A stretch of DNA of 38,429 nt from Oscillospiraceae bacterium. Lineage in GTDB: Bacteria; Bacillota; Clostridia; Oscillospirales; Oscillospiraceae. Position numbers and translations under genes: made by a program. The notes beneath the pieces are model-generated. The model was not told where the DNA came from. It worked only from the letters and a program-made list of their open reading frames with translations, and made no database searches. Positions 1 to 8,735 of this stretch are shown piece by piece. Every line of letters begins with the position of its first letter. The first letter of the stretch is position 1. The stretch is taken from positions 1 to 38,429 of the forward strand of contig JAZLGD010000153.1 in NCBI GenBank assembly GCA_045616105.1. The letters are read 5' to 3'.

Positions 1-2
1 GC

Positions 3-743
3 CAGTTTGCCTACGAGGCACATACGGCGTGTGACGGCAACGGATTTGTTCTTGGCGTAGAAGTAACCGCAGGCAATATTCATGACAGCGTAGCCTGGGA
101 CTCAATATATACGAATATAACCGAGAAGTTCCCTGAAATACAATTCGTGACAATGGACGCAGGATACAAGACTCCCTGGATAGCAAAAAGGACACTAGAC
201 GACGGCAGAATTCCAATACTTCCTTACACCAGAAACCATTATAAAGCAGGGCAATACCATCTCAGAGACTATGAATACGACCCTTTAGCAGATGCTTTTA
301 TCTGTCCTCATGCAGGAGTTCTGCGGCATACGACCACCGACAAGGCTGGGAAGAGATTTTACAGAAGCAATCCTAAACATTGTAAAGGCTGTCCGTTCAG
401 GTCCTGCTGCGGGGCAAATGAAAAAGGACAGAAAATACTAACCACTCATATATGGCAGGAGTATCTAGATCTCGTCGAACAGTTAAGGAAAACTGAACGA
501 GGAAAAGAGATATATGCCATGCGCAAGGAAACGATCGAACGTGTCTTTGCGGATGCAAAAGAAAAACATGCGATGCGTTACACGCATCATCGAGGCTTGG
601 CCCATGTAACAAATTGGGTGAAGCTTAAATATGCTGCCATGAATCTGAAAAAGCTGGCAAATTGGAGCTGGAATAGTTCCGACATTTTGCATCTTTTTGA
701 GATTTTGCGCCTAAATATGCAAAGACCCCCTTCTTTTGCTTAA
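3..743 (+). CDS. IS1182-family DDE transposase, C-terminal part; the 5' end lies outside the window
   Basis: The frame is open from base 3 (QFAYEAHTACDGNGFVLGVEVTAGNIHDSVAWD...FVTMDAGYK) into the tracked ORF 147..743. The tail RKETIERVFADAKEKHAMRYTHHRGLAHVTNWVKLKYAAMNLKKLA is typical of IS1182/IS5-like transposases. Confidence 0.8.
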   Translation, partial: QFAYEAHTACDGNGFVLGVEVTAGNIHDSVAWDSIYTNITEKFPEIQFVTMDAGYKTPWIAKRTLDDGRIPILPYTRNHYKAGQYHLRDYEYDPLADAFICPHAGVLRHTTTDKAGKRFYRSNPKHCKGCPFRSCCGANEKGQKILTTHIWQEYLDLVEQLRKTERGKEIYAMRKETIERVFADAKEKHAMRYTHHRGLAHVTNWVKLKYAAMNLKKLANWSWNSSDILHLFEILRLNMQRPPSFA

Positions 744-770
744 CAAAAAACGGAGTTCTTTGACAATCTG

Positions 771-800
771 AAACGCCCCTCCGCTTGGAGGGGCGTTTTT
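771..800. terminator. Bidirectional rho-independent terminator between the converging transposase and fumC
   Basis: Perfect 12-bp stem aaacgcccctcc/ggaggggcgttt with loop gctt and a T-run on the plus strand. Confidence 0.7.
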
Positions 801-807
801 CATATTC

Positions 808-2184
808 TTATATCATCTGCTCGGGGTGGAATACCTCGTCAAATTTCTCCTCTGTCAGGAAGCCCAGCTCAACACAGGCCTGCTTAAGGGTAAGATTATC
901 GGCAAAGGCTTTCTTTGCTGTCTTGGCCGCGTTTTCATAACCGATATGAGGGGAAAGCGCAGTTACAAGCATGAGAGAATCGTTAAGATTCTGCTGCATT
1001 TTTTCCTTGTTGGGGCGGATGCCGCTTACACAGTTTTTGTTGAAGGATTCCATCACATCGGCAAGCAGTCTGCCCGACTGGATGAAGTTATAGATGCAAA
1101 CGGGCATAAACACATTAAGCTCAAAATTGCCCTGAGATGCAGCCATTCCGACTGCAACGTCGTTGCCCATGACCTGAACGGCAACCATGGTTACCGCCTC
1201 GCACTGGGTTGGGTTTACCTTACCGGGCATGATGGATGAGCCCGGTTCGTTCTCGGGGATGAATATCTCGCCCAGACCGTTACGCGGTCCGCAGGACAGC
1301 CAGCGGACATCGTTTGCAATCTTCATAAGGTCGGAAGCCAGAGCTTTCATCGCGCCGTGAGCAAAAACGAACTCGTCCTTGCTGGTAAGTGCGTGGAATT
1401 TATTCGGTGCGGTTGCAAAGGTTTTTCCCGTAAGCTCGGAAATCTTCTGTGCGGAAAGTGCGTCAAAGTCCTTGGGTGCGTTGAGTCCCGTACCGACAGC
1501 AGTACCGCCGAGAGCAAGCTCGCAGAGGGGCTTAACAGCGGTCTTTATAAGCTCGCGGTCGCGCTCAAGGCTTGCGCGCCAGCCTGAAATTTCCTGAGCA
1601 AAGCTGATGGGTGTTGCGTCCTGCAGGTGAGTTCTGCCGCACTTGATAACGCCCTCGTTCTCAGTCTCAAGACGGATGAAGGTTTCAATCAGTCCGTCGA
1701 GTGCGGGAAGAAGTCTATCGGAAATGAGCTCAACCGCAGCAATGTGCATTGCGGTGGGGAAAGTGTCATTACTGGACTGGGACATATTAACATCGTCATT
1801 GGGATGCAGAAGTGCCTTGCCCGCTTTCTCGTTTGCGCAGTGGGCAATTACCTCGTTGACATTCATATTCGACTGGGTGCCGCTGCCCGTCTGCCATACG
1901 ACCAGAGGGAAATGCTCGGCAAGATTTCCTGCGATTATATCATCGCAGGCCGCTGCGATTGCAGCACATTTTTCATCGGTCATCTTTTCGGGACGCAGTA
2001 TGTTATTTGCAAGGGCTGCGGCCTTTTTGAGTATGCCGAATGCGGAAATAATCTCCTCGGGCATGGTCTCGTGACCCACACCGATACGGAAATTATTGCG
2101 GCTGCGCTCGGTCTGGGCGCCCCAGTATTTATCCGCCTGTACTCTTACCTCACCCATGGAATCATGTTCTATGCGTTCTGCCAT
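808..2184 (-). CDS. fumC: Class II fumarate hydratase
   Basis: 458 aa. The N-terminus is RIEHDSMGEVRVQADKYWGAQTERSRNNF. The signature GSSIMPGKVNPTQCEAVTM is the fumarase variant rather than the aspartase variant of the lyase-1 family. The RBS ggagga lies upstream. Confidence 0.9.
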   Translation of the reverse strand: MAERIEHDSMGEVRVQADKYWGAQTERSRNNFRIGVGHETMPEEIISAFGILKKAAALANNILRPEKMTDEKCAAIAAACDDIIAGNLAEHFPLVVWQTGSGTQSNMNVNEVIAHCANEKAGKALLHPNDDVNMSQSSNDTFPTAMHIAAVELISDRLLPALDGLIETFIRLETENEGVIKCGRTHLQDATPISFAQEISGWRASLERDRELIKTAVKPLCELALGGTAVGTGLNAPKDFDALSAQKISELTGKTFATAPNKFHALTSKDEFVFAHGAMKALASDLMKIANDVRWLSCGPRNGLGEIFIPENEPGSSIMPGKVNPTQCEAVTMVAVQVMGNDVAVGMAASQGNFELNVFMPVCIYNFIQSGRLLADVMESFNKNCVSGIRPNKEKMQQNLNDSLMLVTALSPHIGYENAAKTAKKAFADNLTLKQACVELGFLTEEKFDEVFHPEQMI

Positions 2185-2199
2185 ATTCTTATCCTCCGC

Positions 2200-2607
2200 T
2201 TAATTTTCTTTAATAGCTTTAATCAGCATAAAAACCCCGAAAACCGCGACAGCTATGCCAACGCCTCCGACTATGTACGGAACTTTTTCGCTGCCCTCAG
2301 CCTCTATAACCTCGGGATTGTTCACATCGTATTTTGCTTCGACCGTGTCGCCTATCTCCATGGAAGAGTCATAAGCGCCATACTCAACGCTTTTATATTT
2401 GACACCATCCACCTCATAGTCGACAAAAACGGTATATTCATACTGCTCATTTATATGGTCGTATTCCTCGTTTATCCGGACTATCGTTGCTTCAACATCC
2501 CTATATTCGGCATCATCTTTTCTGACAATTCCGATAACACTCAGTCCTGTTAAAATCAAGGCCATTAAGATTGTGGAAACCGCCATAAGAATCTTTCGTT
2601 TTCTCAT
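2200..2607 (-). CDS. DUF3592-like small membrane protein (N- and C-terminal TM helices flanking a beta-rich domain); likely co-transcribed with fumC across a 15-nt gap
   Basis: 135 aa. There is an N-terminal TM (ILMAVSTILMALILTGLSVIGIV), a central segment DYEVDGVKYKSVEYGAYDSSMEIGDTVEAKYDVNNP, and a C-terminal TM. Confidence 0.6.
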   Translation of the reverse strand: MRKRKILMAVSTILMALILTGLSVIGIVRKDDAEYRDVEATIVRINEEYDHINEQYEYTVFVDYEVDGVKYKSVEYGAYDSSMEIGDTVEAKYDVNNPEVIEAEGSEKVPYIVGGVGIAVAVFGVFMLIKAIKEN

Positions 2608-2763
2608 CGTTAATCTCCATAAAATTTTTATGCGTATATTATATTACGCTCCGAAGCTTTTCACAAGATATAAAAAACATACAACATGAATTTCACAGAC
2701 GCAATAGATTCAGGAGAAAGTCTTCACCGCGCTAAATCGTTTGTAATTTGTCAATTGAAAGCT

Positions 2764-2792
2764 TTGACAATACATATAGTTTAAAGTATAAT
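2764..2792 (+). promoter_or_regulatory. Sigma-A-type promoter of the ceramidase-like gene, preceded by the 7-bp inverted repeat TTGTCAA-N9-TTGACAA
   Basis: TTGACA, a 17-nt spacer, then TATAAT. The ORF-track ATG at 2791 lies inside the -10 box. Confidence 0.6.
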
Positions 2793-2829
2793 GAAAACAT
2801 ATTTGCACACGCAAGATATTGGGGGAATA

Positions 2830-5592
2830 ATGATGAAAACAACCAGCAAATCCGCGCTATGCCTCCTTCTTGCCGTTATCCTTGTATTTTCCTGCGCAGG
2901 AACTGCATTTGCAGATAACGGTTCATCCGTGAAGGTTGGCGTAGCCAAGGCCGATATTACAGGCCCTATCACAGACATAAGCACAGGCTACAACTCCTTA
3001 GGCGACCTCATGCAGGGTCTGCTTACGCGACTGTATGCCCGAGCCTTTGTTGTTGACGCAGGCACTCCGATGGTCTATGTATCAGCAGAGCTTGTACATA
3101 TGACCGAGAGCATAAAGCCCGGCGTTCTCACTAAGCTCAAAAACGACGGCTATAACTGCTTCAGCGAAGAAAACGTCATGCTCACCGCAACCCACTGCCA
3201 TTCGTCAACATCCAACACCTCATGGTTTGCTCTTTATGACCTTATAAACGGTGTTCCCGGCTATGACGACGAAAGCTACCGCATGATAGTAAAGGGCATC
3301 GCCGAGGCTATCGAAAAGGCATACGACTCCCGCGTAAAGGGTACGGTTTCCATGGTTTATGCAAACACCGGCATATCCGCATCCAACCGTTCCGCTGACG
3401 CATTTCTCACTAACCTGAATGTCGGCGACTACGGCTACACCGTAAACGCAGACGGCACATTCTCATACGAAACCGGACTTGCCGCCGCGAAGAACGCCTA
3501 CAACCACGAAATGGCAGGCATCATCCTCACCGACAGCAAGGGCAATGATCTGGGCTTCCTCAACTTCTTCGGAAGCCACGGCACATCCAACGGTATTGAC
3601 AACACCTACGTTGCATCTGACCACAAGGGCTATGCCGCACTCAAGGTCGAGGAAGAAATGGGTGACGGCTTCGTTGCCGCCTTTGCTCAGGCCGACAGCG
3701 GCGACACAAGCCCCAACGCAGTTAACTCTTCCGACTACCACTCCGCATTTCTGCGTCCCTGCGACGAAAACGCCGATCTTGACGTTATAGAAAACCAGAT
3801 CGTCTACGGACAGCAGGAAGCAAATGCGGCAATGAGCCTTATTAAAAACGCAAATCGAGTTGTATTGAACGGCGATTTTGATTTTAACTACACCGCAGTT
3901 GACTTCTCCAAAATTGATGTTGATTTAAGCTATGTAGGTAAGTACTACATGCCTTATGACGACCTTTCCGCAGGTAAGGTTTCCACCAGCGAGCCCTGCA
4001 TAGGCGCAGGCATCATCGCAGGCGACGAGGAGGGCGCTCCCGTTGATAATGCTCTTGAGGGCGCAACCAAGCACAACTTTGTATGGAACTCCGAAACTCA
4101 GAGCTACGACAGAATCGCCTGTGACTTCTCCATGATCGACCTCTACGGTCTTGAGAAGCTCTTCAAGCCCCTGTGGCCCTATGCAATGAAGCTGCTCCAG
4201 TCCGACGGTTATGACGAAGCGCAGATGGAAAAGGTTGTATGCCTTGCAGTCGGCAAGCTCATGCAGCCCGCCCAGCCGCTCCAGATCATGCGCATGGGCT
4301 CACTTGCAATCGTCGGCGTTCCCTTTGAACTCACCTACGAGCAGGCCAACAGAACAAGAGCCGTTCTCGAAAAGACTCTCGCCGCAGACGGCGTAAAAAA
4401 GGTTGTCATTGCAACTCACGCAAACTCTTACAGCCAGTACGTAACCACCCGTGAAGAGTATGCCGCTCAGCATTACGAAGGCGCGACCTGCCTCTTCGGC
4501 CCCTGGTCCGGTGCCGCACTTACTCAGGAGCTGGATAAGCTCGCAAAGGGAATTGTCTCCGGCACCAAGGCGGATAAGAGTGCTGCAATGATGCAGGCCA
4601 CTCCCTTCACTCTGCTCTATACTCCCACAGCGATGGCCTCACCCATTGCTGACATTGGCCCCTACGGCAAGCTCACCTCCGACGTTTCCAAGAACGCATA
4701 TACCTACGGCGAATGGGTCAACGCATCCTTCAGCGGCGTTAACCCGAGACACGTTACAATACTCAGTCTCGGCAACAACAAACTGACCGACGGCTACTCA
4801 TACATGGAGGTTCAGAAAAAGGTCGGCAGCGACTGGAAAACCGTTCTCACCGACACTGACCCCTACACCACCTTCAAGTGCACAAAGGGGCTCACCGATA
4901 CAAGCTATAACGTAACAGTAGGCTGGCTCCTGAAGGGCAGCAACTTCACCTCCGGCACTTACCGTCTTGTTTATAACGGCATTGCAAAAACAAACGATGT
5001 TACAAAGTCCTACAAGGCTTTCTCCGTTCCCAGCTCCGAGTTTAACGTATCGGTTGACAATCCCTTCGTCGATGTGAAAAGGGGCTCTGTTTACTATGAT
5101 GCAATCATGTGGGCATACAATCACGAGCCCCAGATAACAACAGGCTTCGATGCAACACACTTCTGCCCCGATTACTGCTGCACCCGCGGTCAGGCAGTTA
5201 CATTTATCTGGCGTGCCGCAGGCTGTCCCGAGCCCAAGGGCTCCTGCCCGTTTACTGATGTGGCAGGCTCCAGTCCCTTCCGCAAGGCAATTGCATGGGC
5301 AGCCGAAAACGGAATAACCACAGGCTATGACGAAACCCACTTCAAACCCACCGCACCTGTAAGCCGCGCACAGCTTGTAACCTTCCTCTGGCGTTATGAG
5401 GGCAAGCCCTCCACAAGCGGAAGCATCAATGGCTTCAAGGACGCATCCCAGATTGCCGAGCCTTTCCAGACCGCCGTTGCATGGGCAGTCGAAAAGGGCA
5501 TCACCTTAGGCTATAAGGACGGCACATTCCGTCCCAACAATGTTTGCCAGCGCTGGGCAACCATGATGTTCCTTTACCGCGACTTCACATAA
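2830..5592 (+). CDS. Secreted neutral/alkaline ceramidase-family protein with three C-terminal SLH-like repeats
   Basis: The start was moved to MMKTTSKSALCLLLAVILVFSCAGTAFA (signal peptide; RBS gggggaa). The N-terminal block KVGVAKADITGPITD...LYARAFVV...TATHCHSS resembles the ceramidase fold. The C-terminus carries 3x F.DV..... W(A)...GITTGY....F.P....R.Q.VTFLWR repeats. Confidence 0.75.
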   Translation: MMKTTSKSALCLLLAVILVFSCAGTAFADNGSSVKVGVAKADITGPITDISTGYNSLGDLMQGLLTRLYARAFVVDAGTPMVYVSAELVHMTESIKPGVLTKLKNDGYNCFSEENVMLTATHCHSSTSNTSWFALYDLINGVPGYDDESYRMIVKGIAEAIEKAYDSRVKGTVSMVYANTGISASNRSADAFLTNLNVGDYGYTVNADGTFSYETGLAAAKNAYNHEMAGIILTDSKGNDLGFLNFFGSHGTSNGIDNTYVASDHKGYAALKVEEEMGDGFVAAFAQADSGDTSPNAVNSSDYHSAFLRPCDENADLDVIENQIVYGQQEANAAMSLIKNANRVVLNGDFDFNYTAVDFSKIDVDLSYVGKYYMPYDDLSAGKVSTSEPCIGAGIIAGDEEGAPVDNALEGATKHNFVWNSETQSYDRIACDFSMIDLYGLEKLFKPLWPYAMKLLQSDGYDEAQMEKVVCLAVGKLMQPAQPLQIMRMGSLAIVGVPFELTYEQANRTRAVLEKTLAADGVKKVVIATHANSYSQYVTTREEYAAQHYEGATCLFGPWSGAALTQELDKLAKGIVSGTKADKSAAMMQATPFTLLYTPTAMASPIADIGPYGKLTSDVSKNAYTYGEWVNASFSGVNPRHVTILSLGNNKLTDGYSYMEVQKKVGSDWKTVLTDTDPYTTFKCTKGLTDTSYNVTVGWLLKGSNFTSGTYRLVYNGIAKTNDVTKSYKAFSVPSSEFNVSVDNPFVDVKRGSVYYDAIMWAYNHEPQITTGFDATHFCPDYCCTRGQAVTFIWRAAGCPEPKGSCPFTDVAGSSPFRKAIAWAAENGITTGYDETHFKPTAPVSRAQLVTFLWRYEGKPSTSGSINGFKDASQIAEPFQTAVAWAVEKGITLGYKDGTFRPNNVCQRWATMMFLYRDFT

Positions 5593-5602
5593 AAAGCAAA
5601 AC

Positions 5603-5638
5603 AAAAAGCAGATGTGCATTAAGCACATCTGCTTTTTT
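5603..5638. terminator. Bidirectional terminator (A-run, 10-bp stem, T-run)
   Basis: aaaaa gcagatgtgc attaa gcacatctgc tttttt, between converging genes. Confidence 0.8.
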
Positions 5639-5648
5639 CATATCTGTT

Positions 5649-6035
5649 TTATATATCCAGGGTTTCGCAAAGAGTGAGCACCGCGTTCTGAACGCAGTCA
5701 TCGCAGGAGCAGAGCATAACACCCGTGTCGCGTCCCTTTAGTTCCTTGCATATTGACGCACCGCTCTTTTCTGTGAACAGTGTGTGCATTTCCTTTGCCG
5801 CGGCTGTAGTGCCTCTTCCCTGCATGATAAGTCCGGCACTGATTACTGCGCCGACAAGTGCTCCGCAGGTTCCTTCCATGCCGCCCATGCCGACAGCGAA
5901 GCCGGAGGCCAGCTTGTTCAGCGAATCGATATCCATATCGAGGACATCTGCAAACGCATTGATGACCGACTGACAGCAGTTATATCCGCCGTGCTTGTAT
6001 ATTAGCGCCTCGTGTGCGCGCTCTTCTTTTGTCAT
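5649..6035 (-). CDS. C_GCAxxG_C_C family redox-protein-like
   Basis: Motifs GGYNCCQSV, GTCGALVGAV and CSCDDCVQNA. The start was moved to the second Met (MTKEER), which has aggag 6 nt upstream. Confidence 0.75.
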   Translation of the reverse strand: MTKEERAHEALIYKHGGYNCCQSVINAFADVLDMDIDSLNKLASGFAVGMGGMEGTCGALVGAVISAGLIMQGRGTTAAAKEMHTLFTEKSGASICKELKGRDTGVMLCSCDDCVQNAVLTLCETLDI

Positions 6036-6111
6036 GGTTTTCTCCTTTTTCATGTTTTTGTCATTGTAGCATGAATTTTGTGAGGCATCAATACAATTTG
6101 AGGATAAATCC

Positions 6112-6696
6112 TCATTCGTATGTTTTTATAATCTGCTCAGCCGCCTCTCGCTTTGATATACGTCGGTCCTGAGCATTTTTCTCGATATAGTGCTGTGCCT
6201 GCTCCTCGGCCATTCCGAGGCATTCAATAAGGAGCCATTTCGCGTGGTTGACAATGCGGATTTCTTCAATCTTTTCCTTAACGGAAAGCTGTTTTTGCTC
6301 CATCATGCGCATTCTCTCGCGCATGGAACACATAGTTCGCAGAGTCTGTGTTACCATGTGGACATTCGTCGGCACGGCGATTGCCGCTGCGCCATACTCC
6401 ATTACCTTCTCGTAAACTTCATAGAAGTGCTCATTCTTTACGAAAAGCAGAGCGGAGGCCGCGCTGTTTGAGCATATGTCGATTGCAAGCTTCGATCCGA
6501 ACTCGTCGGGCAGCGGGGTATTTATTATTGCTATGTCAAACTCTCGTTCCGCTATTGCGCGGCGCGCTTCTCCTGAATTTCTCACCTTTTGAACAGGCCA
6601 ATACTCGGATGACGGCAGCAGCGGAATTGTTGCATTATAGAATTTTTCAGATGATGACACCACGAGAACGCTGTATGTGCGTTCACGAAAAACCAT
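6112..6696 (-). CDS. ANTAR-domain RNA-binding antiterminator with an atypical (pseudo-)receiver domain
   Basis: 194 aa. The C-terminus EEIRIVNHAKWLLIECLGMAEEQAQHYIEKNAQDRRISKREAAEQII fits ANTAR. In the N-terminal REC-like fold the acidic pocket reads VLVVSSSE and the expected phospho-Asp position reads IAIINTPLPDEFG. Confidence 0.8.
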   Translation of the reverse strand: MVFRERTYSVLVVSSSEKFYNATIPLLPSSEYWPVQKVRNSGEARRAIAEREFDIAIINTPLPDEFGSKLAIDICSNSAASALLFVKNEHFYEVYEKVMEYGAAAIAVPTNVHMVTQTLRTMCSMRERMRMMEQKQLSVKEKIEEIRIVNHAKWLLIECLGMAEEQAQHYIEKNAQDRRISKREAAEQIIKTYE

Positions 6697-6730
6697 GCCG
6701 TCTCCCTCCCTTCAGCCTTTTCTTTCGGCT

Positions 6731-7939
6731 TTAGCCGCAATAAGCCTTTATTATGCTCTCCGGCAGGCAGCCTGAGATAAAGTCACTTCCCATTGCAGCG
6801 ACCTTAGCTTCCGCAAGGCTTTCGGGTAAATGCTCGTACTTGTCGAGTACCTCCTTGGGTGCGGTATAGAGATTAACGTCAGCAGGCTCAGGAAGAACCA
6901 TATTTTCTTCAATGCCCTTAAGACCCGCATAAATAGCAAGGGCAAATGCCAGATAAGGATTTGCCATGGCATCGGCTGAGCGGAGCTCGGCACGGCGGTA
7001 TTCTCCAATCGCCGCGGGGAATCGGATGAGCTGTGAGCGGTTCTCACATGACCAGCTGATATAGCCGGGCGCTTTGTTGCCTCCGAGTCGTTTATAGGAT
7101 TCGTTGCAGGGGTTTAAAAACGCCGTCATGGCAGCCGTATTTGCGAGCATACCTGCCATTACCTGAGGCAGGTAGTCAGCTCCGTCCCTGTGCTTTACCG
7201 AAATGTTAATGTGCATACCGTTTCCGGGCTTTCCCTCAATGGGCTTCGGGGAAAAGTCTGCCCACAGTCCGTTGCGTTCGGCAACGGTTTCGACAATTGC
7301 GCGGAAGGTTACGGCATTGTCTGCCGCGGTAAGTGCATCAGCATGACGGAAGTCGATCTCGTTCTGTCCGGGGCCCTCTTCATGGTGGGAGCTTTCGGGG
7401 CAGATTCCCATTTTTTCAAGCGTCAGGCAGATTTCGCGGCGAATATTTTCGCCCTTGTCAACAGGCGCAATATCCATATATCCGGCTTTGTCATATGTAA
7501 CATCCGTGGGCTCGCCGTTTTCATCGCGCTTGAATAAGTAGAATTCCATTTCGGAACCGAATCTGAAGCTCAGACCTTTTTCCGCAGCAAGCTTTACGGC
7601 CTTTTTGAGAATACCTCTTGTATCCGCTTCAAAAAGGCTGCCGTCGGGACGGTATATATCGCAGAACATTCGGACAACCTTGCCGTTTTCGGGCCTCCAC
7701 GGCAAGCCGGTCAGGGTTGCGGGATCGGGGCGCAGCAGAAGGTCAGACTTCAGATCACCGCCGAAGCCGGTTATAGCCGAGGCATCAAACGCTATACCGT
7801 AATCAAAGGCGCGCTCAAGTTCATCGGGCATGATGGCAACATTCTTCTGAACTCCGAAGACATCGCAAAACGCAAGGCGAATGAATTTGACATCATCCTC
7901 CCTGATATACTGTATTACTTCCTGCGCTGAATACTTCAT
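6731..7939 (-). CDS. glnA: Glutamine synthetase, type I family (short form, about 402 aa)
   Basis: VKFIRLAFCDVFGVQKNV..., FGSEMEFYLF, HHEEGPGQNEIDF, NGMHINIS, and SWSCENRSQLIRFP. The second ATG was preferred because ggaga lies 10 nt upstream of it. The first ATG at 7948 abuts the SD. Confidence 0.9.
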   Translation of the reverse strand: MKYSAQEVIQYIREDDVKFIRLAFCDVFGVQKNVAIMPDELERAFDYGIAFDASAITGFGGDLKSDLLLRPDPATLTGLPWRPENGKVVRMFCDIYRPDGSLFEADTRGILKKAVKLAAEKGLSFRFGSEMEFYLFKRDENGEPTDVTYDKAGYMDIAPVDKGENIRREICLTLEKMGICPESSHHEEGPGQNEIDFRHADALTAADNAVTFRAIVETVAERNGLWADFSPKPIEGKPGNGMHINISVKHRDGADYLPQVMAGMLANTAAMTAFLNPCNESYKRLGGNKAPGYISWSCENRSQLIRFPAAIGEYRRAELRSADAMANPYLAFALAIYAGLKGIEENMVLPEPADVNLYTAPKEVLDKYEHLPESLAEAKVAAMGSDFISGCLPESIIKAYCG

Positions 7940-7961
7940 GTTCCGCATTCTCCTTTATATG

Positions 7962-8681
7962 CTAATTTGCAACATACATCTGCTTGTAAGGATTTTTGCT
8001 GTCCGGCGTCACAACTGTGAATACGGAGTTCAGGATTTCCTCCGCATCTCCTCCGAAAAGCTCGCTAAACTTTTCGATATATGCTTTGATTTCCTCTATC
8101 TCGCCGGCATCGGCTATATGGCGGCTTACCTGCTTCGGAAAAACTATATCCTTGCAGTCCGAACGCAGAAACACCTTGCCGCCGTGCATTCCCGTGCACG
8201 GGAAATTGCTTACTATTTTTTCGCTTTTCCCGTGAACATCAAGGACGATTATAATACCGCCCGCCTGATATTCTCCCAAAAAGCTTCCGGCACTGCCGCC
8301 GATTACCATAACAGGCTTCTTGTCCTTATACTCTTTCATATGTACACCGGCTCTGTAGCCTGCATCGCCGTTAACGTATATTTCGCCGCCTCGCATTGCG
8401 TAGCCCGCTGCATCACCGATACTTCCGTGCACGATGATAGTACCTGCATTCATCGTATCGCCTACTGCATCCTGCGCATTGCCGTCGACCTCTATGCAGG
8501 CCCCGTTCAAATATGCGCCGAGTGCATTTCCGGGAATGCCGCCTATGCTTATGTTACCTTCGCTTCTGCCGGCAGCAATAAATCTATGTCCGAGGCAGTT
8601 TTCAACTCTGTGGTCGCCGCTGCATTCATTGAGCTTCATATTAAGCTGAATGTAGCTTAGATCCTTTGCATCGATAATCAT
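7962..8681 (-). CDS. Glutamate synthase domain-3 protein (GXGXG beta-helix subunit)
   Basis: 239 aa. It carries repeated G-rich turns: GNALGAYLNGACIEVDGNAQDAVGDTMNAGTIIVHGSIGDAAGYAMRGGEIYVNGDAGYRAG. Confidence 0.85.
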   Translation of the reverse strand: MIIDAKDLSYIQLNMKLNECSGDHRVENCLGHRFIAAGRSEGNISIGGIPGNALGAYLNGACIEVDGNAQDAVGDTMNAGTIIVHGSIGDAAGYAMRGGEIYVNGDAGYRAGVHMKEYKDKKPVMVIGGSAGSFLGEYQAGGIIIVLDVHGKSEKIVSNFPCTGMHGGKVFLRSDCKDIVFPKQVSRHIADAGEIEEIKAYIEKFSELFGGDAEEILNSVFTVVTPDSKNPYKQMYVAN

Positions 8682-8735
8682 TTATATCACATCTCCGTTT
8701 CTCTTTCCACAAAAAATCGAAAGAATTTGCGTTTT

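Noticed and set aside
1627-2553. A 308-aa plus-strand ORF, with other ORFs at 826..1239, 1357..1597 and 1643..2074, overlapping fumC and the DUF3592 gene.
   Set aside because: These are antisense shadow ORFs of well-supported minus-strand genes. They have low-complexity, Cys/Leu-rich translations, no RBS and no recognisable motifs.
2791-2829. The ORF-track start (MKTYLHTQDIGGI) of the ceramidase-like gene.
   Set aside because: The ATG lies within the predicted -10 box. The signal peptide and a G-rich SD support the start at 2830.
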